From positions 1-60,954 of IMG/VR virus record IMGVR_UViG_3300017776_000012: a DNA stretch of 60,954 nt; one strand, written 5' to 3'. The position numbers were made by a program, and so were the translations under genes. The stretch comes from a virus. Its lineage: Duplodnaviria; Caudoviricetes. This document shows, piece after piece, positions 12,101-18,921 of this stretch; position 1 is the stretch's first letter, and every line of letters begins with the position of its first letter. The notes below the pieces were generated by a model. It worked only from the letters and a program-made list of their open reading frames with translations. It made no database searches and had not been told where the DNA came from.

Positions 12101-12858
12101 GTTCCCCAAAGCCAATCATGGGTATATTCTCCGTCTACAGGAGCGTTTGAGTCTGAGGCAATAATATCTCTTGCATCTTGAACTCTTAACTTTGCTCTTC
12201 CAGTAACATCTGTAGTAGGGTCAAGACCTTTTAAACCCTCGATAAATTGAACACCATACGGATCCGCACCATAAGTAGTATCTAAATCTGCTCTAAGTGA
12301 TTCAAGTTTAGCCTGAGTCTCTTTGCTCATAGCACTCGATAAAAGACCAAGACCAATCAGAGCTTGAGCATCATTAACATTAGCTCTAATATTATCAACA
12401 GCGCCAAAAGCACCTGTTCTAGCTCCTAGCTCCTGTACGCCTGCAGCCTTAAAAGTTGCACCGCCTGTTTGGATGTCCATTGAGATATCGCGTAAACGTT
12501 CTTCTCTTTGCGCTTCTGATTTTTTAAAGGTTGCTTCAGTTAAGCCTTGGTATCCCGGACCAGTAACGTCTGTAATATCCTGTCGGATGCCGCTGTATTC
12601 CAAGCTGCTCGGCAATCCGCTATCTCTTAAAATTTCTTTAAACTCTTGACGCTCTTCTTCCTCTTTAATAAGACTTTCTCTAACAGCATTTTCTTGAGCA
12701 GCAATTGGAGAAAAGGATGATCGATAATACTCTGAAAGAATATTGTCTGCTTCTTGTTGGGCCTCTGTTGGCTGCTCTGCAGGCTCTTGAGTAGGCTCTT
12801 GAATAAAGGGATTATTGAAATTTCTAAGGACATTAATTGGACGATCTTGGTCTACCAT
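1..12858 (-). CDS. Giant internal virion/ejection protein (gp16 slot) with embedded single-subunit RNA polymerase and zincin domains; 5' part of a ~4,983 aa ORF continuing at 60831-58738
   Basis: ATG at 12858 with GAGGA RBS. No stop in the large stretches translated by hand, and the track shows no long minus ORF here, as expected for a frame running off the edge. Motifs: QADGSTNGSKH (A), RSFAKKPLMIVPY (B), LEWNSPDG, HAKDATVLR...KITDG (C candidate), HEIAH...EFVA. Confidence 0.88.
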   Translation of the reverse strand, partial: MVDQDRPINVLRNFNNPFIQEPTQEPAEQPTEAQQEADNILSEYYRSSFSPIAAQENAVRESLIKEEEERQEFKEILRDSGLPSSLEYSGIRQDITDVTGPGYQGLTEATFKKSEAQREERLRDISMDIQTGGATFKAAGVQELGARTGAFGAVDNIRANVNDAQALIGLGLLSSAMSKETQAKLESLRADLDTTYGADPYGVQFIEGLKGLDPTTDVTGRAKLRVQDARDIIASDSNAPVDGEYTHDWLWGTLTTDPVLKQMLDQAGVTKENSLMFSESQSGAFVKGMEAVSRRLYEHQLVLEQMQLSRNTEIGMLTSIKDMLVQDPDMAPEMGIELLGGAIVTGGSILGTTATAGAAAPIGATATTAYWSVFTAKWARRAGKIANKSRKVKEKLAKIKQLEKLDPKKFKGLGRATELLLKVRPGSLSMTGNLAEVLMETQTTWSRATKALVWSGAQGIDGAAGGLLANAYSNSERKSILSTLYNEGEDINFMDNWAAATLTSAVASLGLGAAFKGMGSSVSLGVEKYIKGNKDVEIKEFYLQSLFGNKGIKAADKLKNQKELWARVYGDTPEANNNFDEASNVGFMGWLKGEDVGTKLLLSGARQRARANVMVSLLTDGQVTTVDELRSRFGFTEGMNNTIYEGDMEEALGRAVESIEKKYASSIKDGTFSGLGPQGLRAMLIDDPEFQSKVRGKDGTFYSDEDIKRFKEKQYGLLAAEEEALGVDAELQTIIKSYPDPEERRAKVQELIEARIAEAITRQEGVDAEVSEITLKLDEDEAVIGGIKNRMIDFLTVGNTAEELTKTPEGKRRLQLILNNFEAALNFKFTAETIKELELNRKVPLTAEQRSRLEELIAAKNVGIEKQTATAKSSFADIKAFAEANGISFDPKVINRIGKNKRGARRKLVKDLKSSDPKKKEKAFKQLLKLVDSKDKDTREILDTLIEFQEELSDVETKFGNAEKRKTKRGKSKDITDQKTKYLKERLEKLRKLAAQNEAGDLNIDPDNQGDIPTSAGFRDQSGIIEEQREVELNKNYDKYSIEVLTNKAILDAYEKSNGTVSQALARQLFRRYLPSSHPLLQLKTLDEANMRQLLLEAQDVINERNVNDRDIQNSISGRRTLYDTASVEADFELGKSQAKQANTVLLAMLDNVKMGDPSRFVAPRVRSDAKADLETRNARAAASRLDYDINEDIQALESAILKLKNVMMSETKHASLGNEGTGTRAAVMSLFKSAIDDNISVLADIDIDAVFGQALASQGTTREFDTFNLEQVLQILERRRDLGIQYVKTRQLAEDLNEEYTARYTIINASVAKSKDRIESLTKRASGKEPLQEGETLETVKDLLNKEVEALDKLRAKRAGLQRDMAIEQSSAATAASKTPQQVRLEQSQLLTELRKQEAQEAKNKAGTEVRGAANEEDYVNKLVESLITLSSRKGDNLSRSSLLNTKNAIEYIEAEVIPYLPISPELKAKGVKALAIFGNGELDFQTPDTMAAALRSLFRDNVDGSKRYNTEVIELDEDTNSFNVIKFKNSEEVKDFSAVQPGTDKQIAKILDQIIYEDKVRRINELDFDDPKGPSEEDVIKFIQDGNLTQNMSTAQDRASLTIHADQIPPPLRTDLDRVESIEFYLDRTVEQMLDLPPTHYSFIHDDLKALPGQFGIRMEDINTRAYFRYDIEEGRDNPWAEADPSGGFPVAIPLADPDNNYSIAHAILDASAWLYPEMTPEILRAFERGDDVAKAAKGSKGKGSRLIAQADGSTNGSKHGVAESIAFRRRVQLFEALNSDKPEVAEGALQLVKDLVEADGSTDIDFYQNLTYEIGAELPDKAGDSSMSIGVRRALYAMNNADTERPFWVRGSKAGRSFAKKPLMIVPYNAKRKAVKNSIRSFFDDPDNAMYKNAMLAQAKKEGVTYDQVVEELTTAMLGGKDRALMGLVEKATGIPDSAGRMKAVLDPDGLRNSLLPKAILDDKLEWNSPDGIKVMLDHATKLAKLANKNKATMAKEVDVIFRALQIEAFATSMLRKKEFDLVGTIPGVGEKLQKAKSPETMDDAMDIARLRFMQELTVIDELQKARESKDGPKIKELESLITGSKFTFFDRTTQALNRTAFTVARDDPSVKHILKMTGQDAGGMSPSRALENTDDAIYINNLMDWRTRFVAPHTKEMDHKGEKSRRVILDPVQFVEESDATFKTSKAEAREDLELVELYANNPDAEGALSHSDWYAKHVDQGKAFAGGIYDIKYMGNMTKREQIANRIKELAKDRTQLQEEWRKINQQLAKKGQRVLSPDASVDDIIAAATKLEEIRIRRLALKNALITISPEFDAPLQKTADGTLVQTPPMTKEQAFREWRAQSDDIEAASNRIKEQDVDTTDSEYRKRFGNPWSSQYDEDGNLKLDDLENPEIEQRLRERELQNNSENKLMELTPQTPRTMGGGLGFRAIHPTQHIDNVLGVPALREVHQVKTMGYTQELATGTDGEKAVVQRKLLAERDSTTIDTNLQENGVLFDIDERNRVEFTDEEFLADVDISMEALSRSETLGVQSSPEQTDIIVQSILTKHARKYGLDDLLGGEQTVTETISEPEMISVRREVPQEDARNNLEKAETLDLPKETYLGNRKYTKTKLTEMAEALGITIPAKVKRGKKEPLLDYLLAERAKSRAGTGKFVDEEIPTGKTIERTVERVVDKTEPRWDLIYGHQVWVNNVIKFNEEVKKFDQILDGLVKDSKITQSEAKIRRTKGIAALEEKWQKVVDQRVEDFETTADNPYDSNSVDPYQNIRTFKVRDEQGNRLTLREALLSVSEDERRRSNVGLVDEQGSLQGNKLDTSSQFSAPAPTRGEDIGYVRDPETGALLLKTSDNRVIVKDPTKKEKQGERIEAGGLLNVKGFATPEEGFAVGYRAENGEYVDIENLDANEAFVVAITHAKDATVLRKVVQNHMSELYPDQKIKITDGLIELTLNADQAMRLHEAVHSDLEIPNADKNVRFTMNGLEIMSGRIIGHQTRRVASANQARHVLQISSNRYVGDMLFTSALANNNVKRVQARHAKMDSHLNETREFATNLDNENQLILGFLERNAEPGVVSRSSFHQTRYLDLKKMWEDESFRDRVIMSTLDQKEIAAKDLLGVEDLNLISPYQVSASRLNTLDRQMFDPTGEDRLNLKEGKDTTYIISVKQDGEPVEYVGLKELREVLGVKSLDDIKMLSGLDDIEPLALGAILGGRSSTIKADIKKQYITADDFKRIRKAIVAKEAEIREGEQIFGRNSIEKLQEIGGLSDAEIKDAKRLAGLVFINPKFINMRILNNPEYASAYGIKATDKVLAAAQEIVASQKILQHGIDIAVSDGVTRQGYAPVALRMLQEDPDLQTKILNGEELSNVDYQKLYEAWLNYEPGRPGSPELRAAREPGNIKDGGTPRQKDHKKRIDEGVQIARQIMLRSEQDVNTGIKTDRPLYKGEYPDKEDGTPGDAEYFMNKTNFRNHIKDKNGQPSEAHEAIDKQLETLVQSGTLTVRELKMLRAVLAQMDGNLLENLDFFETSNIKQKAIELAKEQGLDAPNFGGRSPAGFINTSKTGISLHLLKGRLGRELTAVDVILHEIAHAAQARLYDHGSPEWHMTNSMLNNPEAPELVKRLVLAMNNGVLDGKTKRQIEFYLENPDEFVAALFSYNMQARTFKDRVTMEAAYRDADKAVSGSGSAIKNILQKMINFSYAKILHIRKVFLDLDPSYRNQIDSMTDVLLGKAEMPLRDLGDRKGSIQFNTGTGSKLAQIQAYKKERDALIYEFGQSKDSVEVKELDEAILELENSIGEGLKPGEYDRPEVMPLSAISNNVELRIQKTITNGRVDFQKLVDDDPKLAIAFLAKHVLPYMRKGDYTDLSGKTYSMEELYDAATNSNYVSKAQKLTIGQKLKGGIDSLALAGSNTEATINSKVSLTSGDAKYMLVQMIAELFDNNSLSSESTFNGSKLSTFSQIGENIDADLNVRMAFHRDKLRAALFRTVKYDSRLGKSGRILGENSMGSEQRSRDLDDVMQLAGKSLISGRAGDSARSEIKAMKESEDPKMKEVGSILEEMAEELKLNSEYVQDLSYRSGMLQGHTINMSGPVPLKLKLDRAEMMSDSGSSYDNWAGSLGKLTERKMLSSIEDPEGSRLLDTNTLVAAGILPVEDIRKASIVKQPSVIYDHLVKLSELETPLIDKARLDALNKEGYFSEGGSLHKSMLDEETTLNVEFMGMLTDEGLNKYKSRISSFDGMGNELREFFSVLKSKIDRSAEAPAVVRSNASGGHQFEGTADIRQYLYTKKT

Positions 12859-12868
12859 GCTCAGTTCC

Positions 12869-13180
12869 TCACTGTTGGTTTCTTAAGTTCTGTAATAAAA
12901 ACATGTTATTCATGTTTGCAATTTCTTGAGGCTTCTGACCTCTATCTAATAACAGATTATAATCCCGCTCATTTAATTGACCGCGACTAGAGTCTTGTTT
13001 GACATTAACATTAGCAGGAGCTGGATGCCTTTTGATTGTAGGCCTAGATCCTTCTTCTGCAATGAGCTCTACTAGTTCATCTTGCGAGTTCACTTGCATA
13101 GGCTCAATGGTAATTTTTTTACCGTCTAATGGATTTAACCATGTATTTGCGCGTGGTGTTGGTAATAAAAAAGTTCTCAT
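12869..13180 (-). CDS. Hypothetical protein in ejection-protein operon
   Basis: 103 aa ORF; ATGA overlap with the upstream gene; its stop abuts the RBS of the giant gene. Confidence 0.7.
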   Translation of the reverse strand: MRTFLLPTPRANTWLNPLDGKKITIEPMQVNSQDELVELIAEEGSRPTIKRHPAPANVNVKQDSSRGQLNERDYNLLLDRGQKPQEIANMNNMFLLQNLRNQQ

Positions 13181-16100
13181 TCTTCTTCCTCTAGGCTCCT
13201 ATTTAATCGATCAAGGTCTGCTTGGGTGTATGAACTGCCCAGCGTGGCACTCTTCTTTCTAGCCGGAGAAGAAAAGTCTACGTTACCTTTATTAATGGAT
13301 TCAATTCCCCATTGACTTACTGGGATAAACTCACCTTGTAAGGTTTTAGGGAAGTAAAAAGGAAAAGTATCTTGAATGCCTTCGTTAACGCTAGTTGTTG
13401 TTATTGAAAATGTTGTTACGTTTTGTTCAGATTGATTAACATCAAATGAATAGTTATCTGGATTTTTCCACAAACTATATCGTAATGATGGAGTACCAGA
13501 TACTCCTGCGGTAGTTCTATCTAACATGAAGTACATATTTTTCACAGATAGACCTCTTGCCATCTCTACAAGCGCCTGATCAATTTCTTTGGGACTAAAA
13601 AACTCTGGATCGGCACGCTTTCTTTTATAGATTTTAAATTCATCTAAAATATCAAGTTCTTTTGCTAAGGTTTCGTCTAAGTTGTCTTTTAAAAACATCT
13701 CAATACGAAGTGCTCTCTCTTGTCTAATTTCTGCCTCAGGAAAAACTAGAGATAACCCATGCTCTAACACAGTTGTTGTCCGTCTTACTTTGTTTTGAGA
13801 TATAGCATCAGCAATAGCACCTATGTTAGCCTGCACAAGGCGTCTGCCATAGCGAGAGTCACCTACGCCTCTACGTTGATTTCCCGTAAGGTTTGCTTTA
13901 GGGTCGGCATACTGAGCATCTAAAGCCTGCATCGTTCGATGAGCGTGCCTCAATGTACCTGCATCAGAAGCACTGTCTCGTTTAATTATTAGAGGTGTTT
14001 TATTCTCTTGATTTATAACTATAAACGTACCATTTTCTTCATTAAAAGTAGTAGATAAAGCAGCAATATGTGAATCCTGAAGGATTTGATAATAAAGCCT
14101 AGTTTCTCCGTCCACATTTTGATCTGCTTGCAGTCCAGCTAGCTCATCTTTGTTTCTACCTACATTAATCCGTATCTGTCTCTGAAGCTCTCTTTGATAC
14201 TCTTGATTCACTTCAGAGTTAACGTTTGTAAGCTCTGTAATAACTCTACGATTAATACCTTTGTCTTCAAAATGCTTTACAAGACCAGAGAACATGGACT
14301 TATCTGTTCCCTCAAATGTTTTTGTAAATTGTCTTCTAAGCTGTGCCGCGTCTGATCCTTTTGAATCAATCATTCCTAGATAGGTCCTAGCCTTTGCAAC
14401 ACCACCCTCTTGAAGTGTAGAGGGATTTTGGAGAAATGCCATACTTGCCTGCATAAAGGGATTATTATAATTATCTATATCCTGAGATAAACTCATAATA
14501 TTACTTTCTAAGGTTCCCGGAGCAGCTAGTATTAGCTTAGCAGTGACATCAACTTGTGCAGCTAAAGATGTATTTCCTGCTACTTGGCCATTAAGAAAAG
14601 TGCTTCCTTCTATGTGATTTCTATTATCCTGTTCAATAGTGATAGAAGCATCAGCTCCACTTCTGACCGCTACAGCCTCTTCTGTTATACTAAAAGTATT
14701 TCTAACCATTTGTTCATACTCGCCGAAAAAACTATAAATTTCTTCTTCATTCCCAAGCTGTCTATTTAACTGCACTAAAGCGGAGTTAATAAATACTCTA
14801 GCCTCATTGGTAGTAAATACAGCGTTATCTTGTAAAGTAGAACCATCTTTATTAAACGTAATATCTTTATTCTCGTTGCTAGCAAAACTTGCTAAGATAT
14901 CACGAAGGGCTGAAGACTGAGCATCTGTGTCCATTAATATATTGACACCGTTTTGAAGTCCGGTACTCTCACTAGCCAGTCTAGCGTTTTCTAACTCATA
15001 AACATAAGCAGCTGCGGCAATATGTCCTCTTAAGTGTGTAATTATTTCACCTTTAGTTTCAGCGATTTTTGTGATTTTATCGCTCTCGCTTAATCCTTCG
15101 GTTTGATTTATACCATTTACAGTTGTATTATATTCTTCCTTTAAAACCTTAAACAATTGAGGATCCATGCGGAGAACACCAGCAAATTCAGTTTGAACAT
15201 CATCAAACCATTGAGGACTAAGATCCCCTCCGGGGGCAACAAAGCGATTGTTAAATCCTCTTAATACCGCAATAGAGGGCCTTCCTGAATCCTTAGCTAC
15301 TCCTACAGGAGTAACATCTGTTTCTTTAGTATCTAAATTTTGATTTAAAAGCTTTGCCATATCTCCGGGCTCTGCAGTAGAACTTCCAGACATACCTCGC
15401 AGTAAACTCTCATCGTGGCTAGTTAATACTTTTACAATAGACTGCTCTAAAGGATTCAGCAAAGGCATTTCGGCCCTGATAGCTAACACAGTACCTCTCC
15501 TGTTTGGTTCTGTTTGAAGGGTATTAGCTCTAGCTTCAGTAACAAGAGCCATCTCTCTGTCAACTAAATTATCCCAAGTTTTCTTTGCTGCTTCGTAAGA
15601 ATCAAACTTAAAAATGCCTTCAATCTTAGAAGGATCATCACCAATTTGAATCTCATTTAAATCAACCTTAGAGCCATCTCGATTTGAAATGCCAGGATAA
15701 ACAAAGTATTCTCCTTCAGATTCTCCAATCTGCCAGTCATGGACCACAGGCTGACGTTCATTAGGATTAGACGTACTTTGCCATAGGTTAACTCCTACGT
15801 CTACTTTTTCACCCAATGCATCTTTAACTGAGTATTGCCTATAAAGAAAGCTGCCGTTGCTATCAGAGGCAAAAAGACCATTAACTGTATCCATCTCTTC
15901 AGGAAAATAATTGGTTAAGAGAGGAGCAATATTCTCTAAAAAGTATCCCTGAAGAGCTTCAGGATTACCTCTAAATTTGCCTTCAGATGCGTTTAATAAT
16001 GATTCTACTGTAGTCAATACAGGAGCAGCTAATTTTTTCTTAACTTCATCAACAACGCCCTGTCTAAATTCTACATACTCTGCATTAATATCACCAAGAA

Positions 16101-17424
16101 TACTTTGAAAAATATCAGCATCTTCGTTTTTATCTAAACCTGCAGCTATAAATTCATTATAGGTAGGAGAAATAGATTCTAAAGCTTTGTCGCCATAATC
16201 TTCAGTAAAGGTTGTAATGTCTTCAGGCACGAATGTAGTCAAGGCATTAAATCTATTTACGCGATCTATGCGATTAACTTCGGCTTCTTCTAAAGTAGCC
16301 CCTTCATTTGAAGGAATTCCTGTTAAATAAGGTTTATCTAATTCACCTTGTACAAGAGAGGCAAACCTTTGAGCCCAAGAAATAGATTCCCCCCTAGAGT
16401 TTATTGAGGGAGTTTCAGCTAATAAGGCAGCAGCTTCAGAACTAATATCTCTACCAGCATCAATAGCTCCCTGTAACGATAATGTCTTAGACTGCAATCG
16501 CCTGCTGTTTACTTCAGCCCGATCTGCTTCCCGGATTATTTTTTGTGCATTTTGTACAATAGGAACTAAAGCTTCATCTAAAGTACTGTTTAAAGCATCA
16601 AGAGTAAACTGATCTAAAGCTCCTTCTTGTTCTAATTGTTCTAATTCAGGCTGTACTAATGCTGTATAAAAACTATTTCCAATAGCAAGAAAATCATAAT
16701 TACCGTCTTTATCTGGAACAACATTAGTATCTGCAAAAAGGCTTCTTAAGCCTTCTGTATACGCAGGAGTACCCGGAGCCGCACCAATTTTGTCTTGAAT
16801 GCCTTGAGTAACTGCAATAGAAAGCTGCGACTGGGCAGCAGTTAAAGCTCTTTTTTGATTGTTTGCATTAATAGTATCGATTATAGGTCTTGCTTGAGGC
16901 TCTAATTGTTCCCAGACTTGTCCGCCTTCCCACGCATTCTCTAAACTTTTATACTGCTCCATAATCCCATCTTCATCGAAGGGATTGTTTTTAACATAAT
17001 CTTTAAACTCACTAAATCTAGTTTCAGCAATAGCGTCAACATTTAAGCCAGTAGCATTGGCATGCCTCTTAGAAAACTCTTTATGAGCACTGGTTCTATT
17101 AGGGATAACACCTCTACTTGCGACATCTTGATACCGATTAAGGTTCCGTGAAGCTACATCTTCTGTGGTATATCCGTCAATGATGTCTTGGTTCTTTTTA
17201 GTTTCAAGTTCATCTAATACAGAATAACCTTTATTTTCAATAGCCTTACTGAACACATCAAAGGTTCTTTGAAAGTTTTTATCAAAGGCATAGAAGTGGT
17301 CTAAGGCAGATACCTTAGGAGCAACTTGAAGAACAGGAACAGTCTCAACGCCTTGAAACGGAGTTACAGCCGTAGGAACCTTTGCTGGCGTAAATTTATT
17401 ATCTTGTCCAAAAATTATGCTCAT
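13177..17424 (-). CDS. Internal virion protein, T7 gp15-like position (1415 aa)
   Basis: Long helical-composition ORF between the gp14-like and gp16-like genes; call is from synteny only. Confidence 0.65.
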   Translation of the reverse strand: MSIIFGQDNKFTPAKVPTAVTPFQGVETVPVLQVAPKVSALDHFYAFDKNFQRTFDVFSKAIENKGYSVLDELETKKNQDIIDGYTTEDVASRNLNRYQDVASRGVIPNRTSAHKEFSKRHANATGLNVDAIAETRFSEFKDYVKNNPFDEDGIMEQYKSLENAWEGGQVWEQLEPQARPIIDTINANNQKRALTAAQSQLSIAVTQGIQDKIGAAPGTPAYTEGLRSLFADTNVVPDKDGNYDFLAIGNSFYTALVQPELEQLEQEGALDQFTLDALNSTLDEALVPIVQNAQKIIREADRAEVNSRRLQSKTLSLQGAIDAGRDISSEAAALLAETPSINSRGESISWAQRFASLVQGELDKPYLTGIPSNEGATLEEAEVNRIDRVNRFNALTTFVPEDITTFTEDYGDKALESISPTYNEFIAAGLDKNEDADIFQSILGDINAEYVEFRQGVVDEVKKKLAAPVLTTVESLLNASEGKFRGNPEALQGYFLENIAPLLTNYFPEEMDTVNGLFASDSNGSFLYRQYSVKDALGEKVDVGVNLWQSTSNPNERQPVVHDWQIGESEGEYFVYPGISNRDGSKVDLNEIQIGDDPSKIEGIFKFDSYEAAKKTWDNLVDREMALVTEARANTLQTEPNRRGTVLAIRAEMPLLNPLEQSIVKVLTSHDESLLRGMSGSSTAEPGDMAKLLNQNLDTKETDVTPVGVAKDSGRPSIAVLRGFNNRFVAPGGDLSPQWFDDVQTEFAGVLRMDPQLFKVLKEEYNTTVNGINQTEGLSESDKITKIAETKGEIITHLRGHIAAAAYVYELENARLASESTGLQNGVNILMDTDAQSSALRDILASFASNENKDITFNKDGSTLQDNAVFTTNEARVFINSALVQLNRQLGNEEEIYSFFGEYEQMVRNTFSITEEAVAVRSGADASITIEQDNRNHIEGSTFLNGQVAGNTSLAAQVDVTAKLILAAPGTLESNIMSLSQDIDNYNNPFMQASMAFLQNPSTLQEGGVAKARTYLGMIDSKGSDAAQLRRQFTKTFEGTDKSMFSGLVKHFEDKGINRRVITELTNVNSEVNQEYQRELQRQIRINVGRNKDELAGLQADQNVDGETRLYYQILQDSHIAALSTTFNEENGTFIVINQENKTPLIIKRDSASDAGTLRHAHRTMQALDAQYADPKANLTGNQRRGVGDSRYGRRLVQANIGAIADAISQNKVRRTTTVLEHGLSLVFPEAEIRQERALRIEMFLKDNLDETLAKELDILDEFKIYKRKRADPEFFSPKEIDQALVEMARGLSVKNMYFMLDRTTAGVSGTPSLRYSLWKNPDNYSFDVNQSEQNVTTFSITTTSVNEGIQDTFPFYFPKTLQGEFIPVSQWGIESINKGNVDFSSPARKKSATLGSSYTQADLDRLNRSLEEEE

Positions 17425-17426
17425 TT

Positions 17427-18467
17427 TTAAATTCCTTGTCCGCCAATTGGCGCACTGTATGAAGTACCTGTAGGTGAGTTATATGTATAATAGCCTGAAG
17501 GTATTCCTCCGCCTGTAACTACTGAGTCACCCCCCGGTAAAGTTACTGTATTTGTTGCGGGGGATCCCCCAAAACCTTGTCCCCCTGCATTGACGTATGC
17601 TCCAACACCGCCCGCAATACTACCTGCAACGCCCATTAACATCTGAGAATTTGCAGCACTCTTAGCCGCTTGATAGCCTGTTGCGATATTCTGAGTTTCA
17701 GCTTTCTTTGCAATCTCAGCATTGCTTCTAATAAGATCTGCCATTGTTCTAATGTTTGCAGCTTCTGCATCAGCAGAGGCTCTTAAAGAGGCTGAGCTAT
17801 CATATAGGGTAGGCTTTCTACCGGGGACAAATAATGATTTTGAAGACTTTCTTGCTTTAACTTTAATGCTGCGTCTAGCATTTCTTTCAGCTGATCTCAG
17901 TTGAAGCCTTGCAGTAGTATCGTTATTTATAATCTCTTTATCTAAACTATTATAGGCTGCAGCTTTGTACCTCATGACTGAAGAAGAGTAAGGATTAAGA
18001 TTTCTTTTATTAGCAGTATTAGAGAAAGCGTTTAGAGATTTACTAAACTGTTGGTTTGCTGTAGTGTTGGCTTTTTCTTGTTGCATTAAAATGCCCATCT
18101 GCTGATCAGCAAGCTCGTCAGCTAGACCTAAAGGAATGCTTACTCCTCCGCCAGCTCCTGAAGAACTTTGAAAATTCTTCTGCATGACTGCCAGTTGTTC
18201 TCTGTGACTAGCATACTTATAGTTAGCCATAGCAACTTTATTGTTCATATTCTCTTGAGCAATAGCAGCATTAGTCTGTGCAAAGATTCCTTGAATCTGC
18301 ATAGCTTCTTCAGTATCTGCTTTTTGCATAGTCATTTGATAGTTAGCTGCAGCAGCCCGTCTTCTATTTTCTGCCTCTGCTTTTGCTGCTTTTTTAGCGG
18401 CACTGCTTCCAAAAATGCTAGAAGCAATACCTGCTCCTGCTACAATACTTGCTGCTACAATTGGCAT
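17427..18467 (-). CDS. Internal virion protein, T7 gp14-like
   Basis: Ala/Gly hydrophobic N-terminus (MPIVAASIVAGAGIASSIFG), then Ala/Gln coiled coil, then a C-terminal GVAGSIAGGVG segment. Confidence 0.7.
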   Translation of the reverse strand: MPIVAASIVAGAGIASSIFGSSAAKKAAKAEAENRRRAAAANYQMTMQKADTEEAMQIQGIFAQTNAAIAQENMNNKVAMANYKYASHREQLAVMQKNFQSSSGAGGGVSIPLGLADELADQQMGILMQQEKANTTANQQFSKSLNAFSNTANKRNLNPYSSSVMRYKAAAYNSLDKEIINNDTTARLQLRSAERNARRSIKVKARKSSKSLFVPGRKPTLYDSSASLRASADAEAANIRTMADLIRSNAEIAKKAETQNIATGYQAAKSAANSQMLMGVAGSIAGGVGAYVNAGGQGFGGSPATNTVTLPGGDSVVTGGGIPSGYYTYNSPTGTSYSAPIGGQGI

Positions 18468-18468
18468 A

Positions 18469-18921
18469 TTAGTCTCCTAAATATGATATAATATCTTTAA
18501 TCTTATTGTCAAGCTCCTCTGTGTAACAAAAGAAATGAGGTAGCTTCATAAGCTTCTTCTTCTGCTCCAAAAAATGCTCTATAATGTCTAAATGAGTCTG
18601 CTGATTAAATCGAATCTTTTCATTTACAGTCTCCATGCTCTTTAACTGAGCTGCTTTATCTTCACGTTCAAGTATGACAAGTCGTTGTATTTTCTTCCTA
18701 AAAGGCCAAGGATCCCAGAGTTTAACGACAACATCCCTATAGTCTAGGGGCCTTATCTCCTCATCCCACGGCATTTCATAGAAGCCGTTAGGGTTGTCTT
18801 TCTTATCCACATACCAGGGGAAAGACTCACCTACTACAGGCAACCCGCTCAAATGAGCTTCGTGCATTGTAAAAGATGTACCTACTCTAGGGCCAATACC
18901 TGTCACAACTTTCATTACCAC
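18469..18921 (-). CDS. Sulfotransferase-like P-loop protein
   Basis: VVTGIGPRVGTS resembles the PAPS-binding GxxRSGTS loop; downstream DNPNGFYE motif. Confidence 0.6.
   Translation of the reverse strand: MVMKVVTGIGPRVGTSFTMHEAHLSGLPVVGESFPWYVDKKDNPNGFYEMPWDEEIRPLDYRDVVVKLWDPWPFRKKIQRLVILEREDKAAQLKSMETVNEKIRFNQQTHLDIIEHFLEQKKKLMKLPHFFCYTEELDNKIKDIISYLGD

Noticed and set aside
1-12858. Apparent 12.8 kb gene desert, or stop-codon recoding
   Set aside because: It is one open minus frame that runs off the contig edge; TAA, TAG and TGA all terminate genes normally elsewhere.
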